From an uncultured Clostridia bacterium (GTDB lineage: Bacteria > Bacillota > Clostridia > Monoglobales > Monoglobaceae): DNA of 64,000 nucleotides. Positions within the stretch are counted from its first letter, which is position 1. Every line of letters starts with the position of its first letter. The position numbers and the translations under genes are program-made. The stretch lies in NCBI GenBank assembly GCA_910580105.1, contig CAJTWN010000008.1:8610-72609 (forward strand), written 5' to 3'. Below the pieces are notes generated by a model, which worked only from the letters and a program-made list of their open reading frames with translations, searched no databases and had not been told where the DNA came from. Below are positions 54,790 through 63,398 of this stretch, one piece after another.

Positions 54790-54884
54790 TCAAAATACAA
54801 ACAAAAGAGTGAGGAACATCCTCACTCTTCACGTCTGATATTCAAAAGCTTAATTAGTATATCACAAATCTCCAAAGCTGTCAA
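54790..54884 (-). promoter_or_regulatory. rimP-nusA promoter followed by an intrinsic terminator (leader attenuator, also the nrdR terminator)
   Basis: Minus-strand TTGACA (54884..54879), 17 nt, TATACT (54861..54856). Then an 11-bp stem AAGAGTGAGGA/TCCTCACTCTT (54829..54805) and TTTTGTTTGTATTTT. Confidence 0.55.
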
Positions 54885-54905
54885 TACCTTCATAAAACTT
54901 TCCGC

Positions 54906-55361
54906 TTATTCATTCCGGGTTAATTTCGCTAATTCTTCCTTAAATGTTTCGATGTCTTTGAAATGTTTATAGACAGATGCAAAACGAACATAAGAAACTT
55001 CATCCAAATCCCGGAGTTTCTCCATTACCATTTCACCGATTTTTTCAGAGGAGACTTCTCTATCCAAAGAATTATGAATTTCACCCTCAATTTCATCAAT
55101 CATCTGATCGATTTCATGTAAAGGTACAGGACGGTTCACACAGGAAGCCAAAATTCCCCGCTGCAGTTTTTCACGGTCAAAACTCTGTCTGGATTTATCC
55201 TTCTTTATTACAATAATCGGAACACTTTCAATTTTCTCATAGGTTGTGAACCGCTTTCCGCATCCCAAACATTCTCTGCGCCGGCGGATTGCTGTTCCAT
55301 CCTCTGTGGAACGTGAATCAACGACCTTACTCTCGGTATTTCCGCAGTACATACACCGCAT
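54906..55361 (-). CDS. nrdR: transcriptional repressor NrdR
   Basis: MRCMYCG...C..C zinc ribbon plus ATP-cone. 151 aa. Confidence 0.95.
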   Translation of the reverse strand: MRCMYCGNTESKVVDSRSTEDGTAIRRRRECLGCGKRFTTYEKIESVPIIVIKKDKSRQSFDREKLQRGILASCVNRPVPLHEIDQMIDEIEGEIHNSLDREVSSEKIGEMVMEKLRDLDEVSYVRFASVYKHFKDIETFKEELAKLTRNE

Positions 55362-55513
55362 ATTCTCAACCCCTCATGTACAATTTTCTGTCATTTATCC
55401 ATTGTATATTGCGTTTTGAGTATATCGAATACCTATCAAATTGTCAACAGCATTCAGAATTTGTCAATATTTTCTAACCGTTTTGTCACAGAATTTTCAA
55501 ATTTCAAGCCACT

Positions 55514-57817
55514 TCACCGATCAAACTCCGTGGTAAATACAGCAGCCGGGAGCCCGCTTTCGTCCGTCAAATTCGGCATTTCAGGATATGCGCCCCAGGC
55601 ATATCGGGCATTAACCGGCTTTTTCACCCGGTCACTCCACACCAAAACATCACTGCCATCCAATTCTGCTTCCGCAGGATAAAACACTCCATCGCTTCCT
55701 GCAACAGAGAATTCCTGCGGTTTTTTTATATCCTTCTTTTCTCTTTTAATATATTCCATTCCTTCGCTGTCCGCATACTGCTCCGGTGGCAGAACCCCCA
55801 AGTTCCCATTACATACAAAATGTAACCGTATTTTATTTCCTTCAATTGTCATAGACTGATACAGCGGTCCCTGCACAACTAAGTCTTTTTCGCCATATAC
55901 ATCCCGCATGGCAAAACGCAGAAAACGCTCTGCAACTGTTTGTTTTCCATCCGGATGAATATCTGTCCTGCAATTACCTTTCCCGCTCTCAAACGCACCG
56001 AATTGGTCAATCAAACTTATCATTCCGGTATTCCTCGGAATTTCAACTTTTTCAAGCGCTTGCCGCTGTGCTTCCCGGATGGAACTCTCGTCCGCTTTGT
56101 ACCGGGTCAGTTGTGCCCAATAAAAAGGCAGCTCCTTCCCCCAAATCGAGCGGTAATGATTGATCAATCCGACAAAAGCATCCCTGTACGCTTCCGTGGT
56201 CAAATGCGTCCGGTACTCATCCGCTTCCCCCTGATAATATAAAATTCCTTTAATCTTTAATTTTGAAAGGGGTGCAATCCGATTATGATACAAACTTCCA
56301 TCCGTCCCCTCGAAAATACCATACCTGCCTTTTGGAAGCCAACGATTAATCTCCGTATCTCCAACAGCAACATTCAACACGCCAACCGGCACATTATATC
56401 TTTCCTGTATGGCAGTGGAAAAGAAAGCGGATACTGCGGAACAATAACTCACTGTATCCGTCCGCATCATCTGCCATGCCGGCTCCCAAGAGGAAATCGG
56501 CAGTCCGTCAACGGCAGCCGGTGCGCCTTCAATCCCTTTATTCCATAAGTTCAAGAGCCGGATTTTTCCATTATCCATCCGTTTTTTTCCTTCCCCGGAC
56601 TCCAGAAAAGCTTTTGTATCCTCTCCGGTCAGCATAAAATAATCCATATTAGACTGCCCGGCAAACAACCACAAATCCCCGAAAGTAATATCCTTAAATT
56701 CAATCTCCTCAGCGCCGTTTTCCACCGTCATTGCATAGATACCGCCGGCAGGGAAGCTCCCTAAATCAATGCAGTACCCTTGTACATCATTCACTTTCTG
56801 CTCGCCTGTATATTTTTTCCCCGTGGTCACATTTTGGAGTGTCACCGTCACCGTACTGCCTATCGGTGCACTTCCCCATACTTCCACAGGGGCATCCGCC
56901 TGTAAAAGCATATCATCACCAAATACATTTGCCACAGTAAAAGCCGGACTGGCTTTTGTATACCGATAATTCAGCGGCTGTGCCAGCGCACAGTCTCCAT
57001 TTTCATCAAATACCTCCACACGGTACCAGTCGCCAGCCTCCGGTTGATACGCTGTCAAATCATACGCAACTTCTGTATTCCCTTGCGGGGAAAAAGAAAA
57101 AGTTTTGACTGCGGCACATTTCATCACGTTCTCAGCATTGTATGCTGCAAAAACGACGGTTCCTTCCATCTGCCGAGCTGCATCAAAGGCCGTCAATTGG
57201 AAATGAACGCCTTTTTCATTCTCCAAAAGCCGCACACCTTCATCCGAAATCCATTCCACTTCTGCCAAATTTGCGCCGGCAGGCAATTCAATTTTAAAAT
57301 ACCGGTATTCACCAAAACCACTAAGTTGAATTTCATGCCAGCCCTCTGTTATTTCTCCATTTTCATTCCCTTCAATCGTTGCAATGTCCGTAAAATCCCG
57401 ATTATTATTAGAAACCAGAAACTTTGTCCCCAAGGCGCTGGTGGCCAACGCCTCATTTGCATAAACCAGATAGCGTATTTTGATTAACGCTTGTTTTTCT
57501 CCTGCATCAAAGGTCATCCATGTTAAATTTTCATTTCGGTTAAAACTGTTTTCATCCTTATCATATAGCAAAAACGCACTTTCGAAAGCGCCTTTATCGC
57601 AGGTCAGATTCTGTGGTGTAATTTGCAGTTTCTCTGTAACAGAACGCTGAACGGAATACATTTTCAAAGAGGCGCTCTTATCATCCTGCGGAACCGCTGT
57701 TTCTTTTCCATTTCCAAAGCCGGGAATCTCAAATGCCAATCCCGAAATCGGCAAACAGATTAAACAAACAATACAAAGAAAGACAAAGCCTATCTTAACT
57801 GCTCTACCCTTCCACAT
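55514..57817 (-). CDS. secreted carbohydrate esterase, sialate O-acetylesterase-like (SASA/DUF303) with N-terminal beta-sandwich domains
   Basis: Signal peptide. FAGQSNMD and YYQGEAD motifs are characteristic of SASA-type SGNH esterases. 767 aa. Confidence 0.7.
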   Translation of the reverse strand: MWKGRAVKIGFVFLCIVCLICLPISGLAFEIPGFGNGKETAVPQDDKSASLKMYSVQRSVTEKLQITPQNLTCDKGAFESAFLLYDKDENSFNRNENLTWMTFDAGEKQALIKIRYLVYANEALATSALGTKFLVSNNNRDFTDIATIEGNENGEITEGWHEIQLSGFGEYRYFKIELPAGANLAEVEWISDEGVRLLENEKGVHFQLTAFDAARQMEGTVVFAAYNAENVMKCAAVKTFSFSPQGNTEVAYDLTAYQPEAGDWYRVEVFDENGDCALAQPLNYRYTKASPAFTVANVFGDDMLLQADAPVEVWGSAPIGSTVTVTLQNVTTGKKYTGEQKVNDVQGYCIDLGSFPAGGIYAMTVENGAEEIEFKDITFGDLWLFAGQSNMDYFMLTGEDTKAFLESGEGKKRMDNGKIRLLNLWNKGIEGAPAAVDGLPISSWEPAWQMMRTDTVSYCSAVSAFFSTAIQERYNVPVGVLNVAVGDTEINRWLPKGRYGIFEGTDGSLYHNRIAPLSKLKIKGILYYQGEADEYRTHLTTEAYRDAFVGLINHYRSIWGKELPFYWAQLTRYKADESSIREAQRQALEKVEIPRNTGMISLIDQFGAFESGKGNCRTDIHPDGKQTVAERFLRFAMRDVYGEKDLVVQGPLYQSMTIEGNKIRLHFVCNGNLGVLPPEQYADSEGMEYIKREKKDIKKPQEFSVAGSDGVFYPAEAELDGSDVLVWSDRVKKPVNARYAWGAYPEMPNLTDESGLPAAVFTTEFDR

Positions 57818-58110
57818 CGAAAACGCCTCCTTATGCCTTCTATATAGTATGTAAAAATATCTTACAACATTTCCATCAATTTGTCAATGAGCGTCAACAC
57901 ATAGCGTATGATAGGAAATTTTTTGTCAAATTACCTAAGTTTCTATAAAATATTTTTCGTTTTTCTCACAAAAGTCCCTTGTATTTTTTCGCATCTCTGC
58001 TATAATACATTGTATTAATATTCTTTCTTCATATTTTCTTCATGATATAATAAAATAAACAAGAAGAAATCGCAGTTGCCGCAATTGGCAGCCTAAACAA
58101 GGAGTGCACC

Positions 58111-59463
58111 ATGTTTGGTATAAAACAACAACACGAGAACAAACTCACATATACGCGGATTATTGCATTGGGTTTTATGGGAATGATTTTGTTCGGAGGT
58201 TTTCTCCTCAGTCTTCCCATTGCAACAAAGAGCGGAGATGCAACGCCCTTTCTTGACGCTCTCTTCACCGCAACATCCGCAACTTGTGTAACCGGACTGG
58301 TTATCTATGATACCTACACCCACTGGTCAGTTTTCGGACAACTCGTCATCCTGGTTCTCATCCAAATCGGTGGTCTCGGTTTTATGAGTATTGTAACCAT
58401 GGCGTCCGTTTTTCTGGGTCGTCGGATTGGCTTATCCGAGCGAAAATTATTGGTACAGTCAACAAGTATTATGGAGCTTGGCGGGTCCGTGGCTTTATTA
58501 AAACGTATTGTATTTGCCACTATCATTTTTGAAACCGCCGGTGCAATCCTCCTTGCCACCCAATTTTGCCCGCTTTTTGGATTCAAAACCGGGATTTATT
58601 TTGCAATCTTTCATTCTGTATCTGCTTTTTGTAATGCCGGTATTGATATACTGGGGGGATTTGGCCCATTTTGTTCCCTTGCCCCTTTTCAAAATGACCC
58701 CATCATCATCCTGACGATTACCGCCCTCATTATCATTGGAGGAATTGGATTTATTGTCTGGGATGACATTTACCATAAAAAATATCATTTTAGAAGTTAT
58801 CGCCTGCATACGAAACTCGTCATCATCATGACCGGTCTTCTCCTCATTGGCGGTACAATTCTATTTTTGATCTTCGAATATAACCACACACTTTTGGGAA
58901 AACCATTTTTGGAAAAAATTCTTTCCTCCTTCTTCATGGCAACAACTCCGAGAACTGCTGGATTTTCTGTGGTTGACCTCAATAAGATGTCAAACAGCAG
59001 CTCACTTTTAACCATGTTATTGATGTTTATAGGGGGAAGCCCCGGTTCCACGGCAGGCGGTATCAAAACCACGACGTTTGCTGCTCTTGTCATGGCCACA
59101 GTTGCAGCCTCCAGACATCTGCCAAATGTCAATGTCTTTAAAAGAAGAATTGAAAATTCAATTGTACGACAAGCAACCTCAATTTTTTCTATTTATTTAT
59201 TTGCCACTTTATCTGCAACTATGCTGATTTGTGCAATTACTCCATTCGGGCTGAAAGAGGTTCTGCTTGAAGTTATTTCTGCAGCCGGCACGGTGGGTTT
59301 GTCCGCCGGAATTACGCCGCATTTGAATATTGTATCAAAAATCACCATACTTCTTTTGATGTACGGCGGCCGTGTAGGTATCTTATCCCTGGCTTTGGTT
59401 TTGGCTGAAAAACATCAAATTGCCCCTGTTGACCGTCCCACAGAAAAAATCATTTTAGGCTAA
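58111..59463 (+). CDS. ktrB: TrkH/KtrB-family potassium transporter membrane subunit
   Basis: 450-aa polytopic protein with repeated selectivity-filter-like TGL/GGLG/AGID/GGSPGSTAGGIKT motifs. Confidence 0.9.
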   Translation: MFGIKQQHENKLTYTRIIALGFMGMILFGGFLLSLPIATKSGDATPFLDALFTATSATCVTGLVIYDTYTHWSVFGQLVILVLIQIGGLGFMSIVTMASVFLGRRIGLSERKLLVQSTSIMELGGSVALLKRIVFATIIFETAGAILLATQFCPLFGFKTGIYFAIFHSVSAFCNAGIDILGGFGPFCSLAPFQNDPIIILTITALIIIGGIGFIVWDDIYHKKYHFRSYRLHTKLVIIMTGLLLIGGTILFLIFEYNHTLLGKPFLEKILSSFFMATTPRTAGFSVVDLNKMSNSSSLLTMLLMFIGGSPGSTAGGIKTTTFAALVMATVAASRHLPNVNVFKRRIENSIVRQATSIFSIYLFATLSATMLICAITPFGLKEVLLEVISAAGTVGLSAGITPHLNIVSKITILLLMYGGRVGILSLALVLAEKHQIAPVDRPTEKIILG

Positions 59464-59588
59464 TCCTTTTCTCATTTTCACCTTTGTCCATGCAGCCAAA
59501 TTTATTGGGGACTGTTTGAAGATGAATTGCTTTTTATTTCTTAACTATTTTTATTAACAAATACTTTTAATAAGGAAGGAATCAAATT

Positions 59589-60239
59589 ATGAAATCAATG
59601 CTTGTAATCGGAATGGGAAGTTTTGGCCGGCACCTGGCTTCAAAACTGGCTTCTCTTCGCAACGAAGTCATGATCGTTGATAAAGATGAAAAACTCATTG
59701 AAGAGCTTGCCCCCAACTTTACCGATGCACAAATTTGTGACTGCACCAATGAAAATGCACTCCGTTCACTTGGCGTAACAAATTTTGATATTTGTTTCGT
59801 CACCATCGGAGAAAATTTTCAATCTTCTTTGGAAATTACTTCTTTGCTTCACGAAATGGGTGCTAAATATATCATTTCAAAGGCAAGCAGCAAAATACAG
59901 CAAAAATTTCTGCTCCGCAATGGTGCAAACGAGGCCATCTATCCCGAACATCAAGTTGCACATCGGCTGGCAATGCGCTGCAGTGCAAAAAACGTATTTG
60001 ATTATGTAGAACTTACGCCCGAGTTTGGAATTTTTGAAATTCCAATTAAACCACAATGGATCGGTCACGATATCTTATCACTTAATATCCGCTCAAAATT
60101 TAATGTCAACATTCTTGCCATCAAAAATGCCGGCAATGTTCAACCGCTTCCTTCACCGGAATATCGTTTCAAACCCGATGATCATATCGTTTTGCTCGGA
60201 AAACCAAATGACGTCTACAAATTATCTGAACGTATTTGA
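59589..60239 (+). CDS. ktrA: TrkA/KtrA-family potassium transporter regulatory (RCK) subunit
   Basis: VIGMGSFGRHLA Rossmann motif (RCK_N) plus an RCK_C-like C-terminus. 216 aa. Confidence 0.9.
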   Translation: MKSMLVIGMGSFGRHLASKLASLRNEVMIVDKDEKLIEELAPNFTDAQICDCTNENALRSLGVTNFDICFVTIGENFQSSLEITSLLHEMGAKYIISKASSKIQQKFLLRNGANEAIYPEHQVAHRLAMRCSAKNVFDYVELTPEFGIFEIPIKPQWIGHDILSLNIRSKFNVNILAIKNAGNVQPLPSPEYRFKPDDHIVLLGKPNDVYKLSERI

Positions 60240-60330
60240 ATTTAGTTGTTTTTTATTTTCATAATCTATACAACTTCTTCAGAAAGACAGTTTGTTTCAT
60301 ATTTTTCGTTTATACATTTTTTCGTTTATA

Positions 60331-60358
60331 AAAGACAAAAATTTTTTTGTCTTTTTTT
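60331..60358 (+). terminator. rho-independent terminator of ktrBA
   Basis: AAAGACAAAAA/TTTTTGTCTTT stem followed by a T-run. Confidence 0.75.
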
Positions 60359-60556
60359 GTTTTTATTAATGTAATTCCATGTACAGTTTAAATATTTTAT
60401 TTCTTAATGCAAATATAACGACTTACAACATTTTCTTCATTCCTTTCTCCATAACATTTACAAACCAAATATTGTATTTCATCCTTATATTTTTACAAAA
60501 ATAAAACAAATTTTATTAAAAATACAAAAAAGTCTTCACTGAATGTAAAATACAGC

Positions 60557-60585
60557 TTGACAAAACGACATAAAAAAAGTAGAAT
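60557..60585 (+). promoter_or_regulatory. candidate sigma-A promoter (TTGACA-17-TAGAAT)
   Basis: Lies about 155 nt upstream of the 60741 ORF. Confidence 0.5.
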
Positions 60586-60740
60586 AATCTTATAAAATGA
60601 AGTAAAAGGGAGTGCAACTTAATAAGGAATATTATGACACCAATGCATTTTTGTGTCAATTTACATTTCATGCGCATCGTTTGAAAATTTCTCTCTCCAT
60701 TGCAGTCCCTTATGATTGAAACAAGCAAAGGAGAAAGTAC

Positions 60741-61088
60741 ATGAAAATTGAAAATCAAGCCTATTGTGCACAACTGACAGAGTTAATAAAAGAAAATATT
60801 GAAAACCAATATAAAAATATTCATCAATTTTCTACCACAATTGATATTCCGTATACCACATTGGTCAGCGCATTAAAAAATGGGGTAAGCGGTACTGGTT
60901 TTCAAACCGTACTCACCATCTGTAAAGCATTAAAAATCCAGAATACAAAAAACTGTAACCCACTGTTGGTAAATGCACAAAAACTTTTAGATATCGAAAA
61001 ACTTTTGACTTTAGATACCCAAGGCATTGAAAATGTATTAAAGTTACTGGAAATGGAGTATAATCGTTGTATAAAAGACTATGAATAG
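60741..61088 (+). CDS. small HTH (XRE/Cro-like) DNA-binding protein
   Basis: 115 aa. The segment IHQFSTTIDIPYTTLVSALKNG resembles an HTH. AAAGGAG RBS. Confidence 0.55.
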   Translation: MKIENQAYCAQLTELIKENIENQYKNIHQFSTTIDIPYTTLVSALKNGVSGTGFQTVLTICKALKIQNTKNCNPLLVNAQKLLDIEKLLTLDTQGIENVLKLLEMEYNRCIKDYE

Positions 61089-61144
61089 GTTCTGCTTTTT
61101 AAAGACACCCTTGAATTGAAGTGAACCCCAAAGATTAGACAATA

Positions 61145-61936
61145 TTAAATTGCTTGAGAATGAGTTCGGTATTGTACCGGACTCATTCCTTTTAGTTTTA
61201 AGGAAATTCTTTCGTTGTTGTAGTAATAAATATATTTATTCAATTCATCAATGAAAGCGTTAACGCTTTCAAATTTTTCGCCGTAGAACATTTCAACCTT
61301 TAATCTGCCAAAGAAGTTTTCCATAGCTCCGTTGTCCATACAATTACCTTTGCGAGACATACTTTGTGTAATGCTATGTTCTGCCAATAAGCGTTGGTAT
61401 TCGGCGTTTTGGTACTGCCAACCTTGGTCAGAGTGGAATATCGGTGTTGCATCAGCAGGCAGTTTCTCAAACAAACCGTTAAGCATTTCTCTGATTTGTT
61501 CCAAATTAGGACTGGTTGAAATGGAATAAGATACAACCTCATTGTTAAACAAATCCAAAACAGGAGAAAGATATACTTTCTCATCACAAACATTAAACTG
61601 TGTAACATCGGTTGTTATCTTTTCAAATGGTTTGCTTGCTGAAAATTCTCTATTAAGCAAATTGTCCGCAATTTTTCCAACATTTCCTTTGTAAGAATGG
61701 TATTTATCGTTCTTACGTTGTTTACCTTTTAAACTAAGGCACTTCATTAGTTTTTGTACTGTTTTATGGTTAATACCATAGCCCTTGTTACGCATAGCTA
61801 TTGTAATCCTACGGTATCCATACCTGCCTTTGTTGGCATTGTAGATTGTTTGTATTTCTTGCTTTTCACATTCGTATTTATCTGTTTTGGGTTGTCTTAA
61901 ATAGTAATAGTATGTGCTTCGAGCAAGACCGGACAA
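61145..61936 (-). CDS. IS3-family transposase OrfB (DDE/rve integrase core)
   Basis: ITTDVTQF (D), SDQGWQY (D) and NGAMENFFGRLK (E) motifs. The frame stays open upstream into orfA, as expected for an OrfAB fusion. Confidence 0.9.
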   Translation of the reverse strand: MSGLARSTYYYYLRQPKTDKYECEKQEIQTIYNANKGRYGYRRITIAMRNKGYGINHKTVQKLMKCLSLKGKQRKNDKYHSYKGNVGKIADNLLNREFSASKPFEKITTDVTQFNVCDEKVYLSPVLDLFNNEVVSYSISTSPNLEQIREMLNGLFEKLPADATPIFHSDQGWQYQNAEYQRLLAEHSITQSMSRKGNCMDNGAMENFFGRLKVEMFYGEKFESVNAFIDELNKYIYYYNNERISLKLKGMSPVQYRTHSQAI

Positions 61937-61980
61937 TTTTAGTAATTCTTTCAGCGGATACTTTTGCCTTAGTTCAGAGA

Positions 61981-62370
61981 TTATTTTTGCTTTTTGCCGT
62001 TCTTTCGCTCTTCCGCAAGAACTAAGGCTCTCAGTTTTTTTAAGTATTCTATCTCCATGCGAAGTCGTTGGTTTTCGGCAATTAAATCTTCTTCAACCTT
62101 TTTATCTAACTTGGGTGGTCTGCCTTTCCTTCTGCCACTCGCAGCACAAGCTCTCCCTCGTCTTTCTTTCATTAGACCTTCGGCTCCTTCTTCCAGATAT
62201 ATGCGTTCCCACCGTTGTAACATTGAAGCTGCTGCTGTTTCAGATTGCCTTACTAAATTGTACTTCCGCGCTGTTTCTCGATATCCCAGGTGGTGTTCTC
62301 GCATGTCCATTATAACACTTATTTTGAACTCTGCACTATAAATTTTATTTTTTCTCCCTGTTTTTCCCAT
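61981..62370 (-). CDS. IS3-family transposase OrfA (HTH plus leucine zipper)
   Basis: MGKTGRKNKIYSAEFKISV.... The A7 slippery run (TTAAAAAAACTG, minus strand, 62051..62045) lies in orfA, and the -1 frame is open from there into orfB. Confidence 0.85.
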   Translation of the reverse strand: MGKTGRKNKIYSAEFKISVIMDMREHHLGYRETARKYNLVRQSETAAASMLQRWERIYLEEGAEGLMKERRGRACAASGRRKGRPPKLDKKVEEDLIAENQRLRMEIEYLKKLRALVLAEERKNGKKQK

Positions 62371-62615
62371 AAAAAATATGCACCTCCAAAAGTGTCTAAC
62401 TTTTGGGGTGCATATCAAATTGGGTGTCTTTTTATATTATAAATTTTTACGCCGGCGGCAATCGGAGAACAAAAGCTTTTTACATATGTTCCACCACCCG
62501 GTTTTACCAAAATTGGCCTATTTTTACTTAAAAACCACTTATTTTCTCTAGGAATGCCCTTCTCAATTTTGTATAATGGTGAATAGATAAAAAATTCATC
62601 GTTTAAAAGGGGCAG

Positions 62616-63398
62616 ATGATTATATTGAACATAGCAATTTTGGATGATAATAAAAGCGACCGCATACAAATATTGGATTATATCAGTACCTATGCGTCTT
62701 TACATAAGGTTGAAATAAATGCGGCTGAATTTGAAAATCCAAACATTTTCCTCGATAATTTTGAAAAAGAAAAATATGATATAATTTTTCTGGACGTCTA
62801 TCTGACAAGTACAGATGGTATTTCCGTAGCAAAACAGATAAGAGAAAAGGATACCGATTGCCTGATTATTTTTTCCACCTGCAGTGAACATCATGCAATC
62901 AGCGGCTATCGTGTAAATGCTTTCGATTATCTGCTTAAACCCTACGATTTTACCTATTTTGACGAAGTATTAAGCCGCGCCTTAAAAACGCTGAAAAGTA
63001 TGGAAAAAATACAATACATTCGGGTTAAGGAAGGCCGCCTGTTCGTCAATATTCCAATCGACCATATTATATATACTGATTACTCAAATCACTATATTCA
63101 GATCCATACTGCCGCGCGTATGATAAAAAGTTATATCCCTTTCAAAGACTTTTCAGCCATGCTCGCAAATTATCCGCAGTTTTTGTGTTGTTATCGAAAT
63201 TGCATAATAAATATGGATAAAGTAAATCATATTGAAGAACGTGACTTTGTTATGCAAAACGGGGACCGTGTTCCAATTGCCCGGGCCAAACATAATGAAC
63301 TTAAACAATATTATGCAGACTATATGTTTGAAAAGTTGACAAAGGAGGATAACAATTTTGGAGCCGGTACCATTCATTCTTCTTCTCACCCTGGTTAG
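62616..63398 (+). CDS. LytTR-family response regulator (AgrA/LytR type)
   Basis: REC domain (ILDDN...IIFLDVYL) plus a C-terminal LytTR DNA-binding domain. TGTATAAT extended -10 at about 62571. Confidence 0.88.
   Translation: MIILNIAILDDNKSDRIQILDYISTYASLHKVEINAAEFENPNIFLDNFEKEKYDIIFLDVYLTSTDGISVAKQIREKDTDCLIIFSTCSEHHAISGYRVNAFDYLLKPYDFTYFDEVLSRALKTLKSMEKIQYIRVKEGRLFVNIPIDHIIYTDYSNHYIQIHTAARMIKSYIPFKDFSAMLANYPQFLCCYRNCIINMDKVNHIEERDFVMQNGDRVPIARAKHNELKQYYADYMFEKLTKEDNNFGAGTIHSSSHPG

Larger units (their letters stand above)
61122..62412 (-). mobile_element. IS3-family insertion sequence (orfA/orfB with -1 frameshift), about 1.29 kb
   Basis: Imperfect terminal inverted repeats TGAACCCCAAAGATTAGACA and TGCACCCCAAAAGTTAGACA (17/20 match) with the TG...CA ends typical of IS3. 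Boundaries are accurate to about 5 bp. Confidence 0.85.

Noticed and set aside
57818-58110. c-di-AMP (ydaO/kimA-type) riboswitch upstream of ktrB, expected because cdaA is in the same window.
   Set aside because: I could not see the conserved GGGGACCC/ACCCG-type cores or the pseudo-symmetric helices. The region reads as an AT-rich promoter (TGCTATAAT) plus a short leader. A covariance-model scan would settle it.
62415-62669. 84-aa minus-strand ORF spanning the IS end and the response-regulator start.
   Set aside because: It crosses the IS terminal repeat and the promoter/RBS of the LytTR regulator. It has no RBS and an AT-rich, low-complexity translation.
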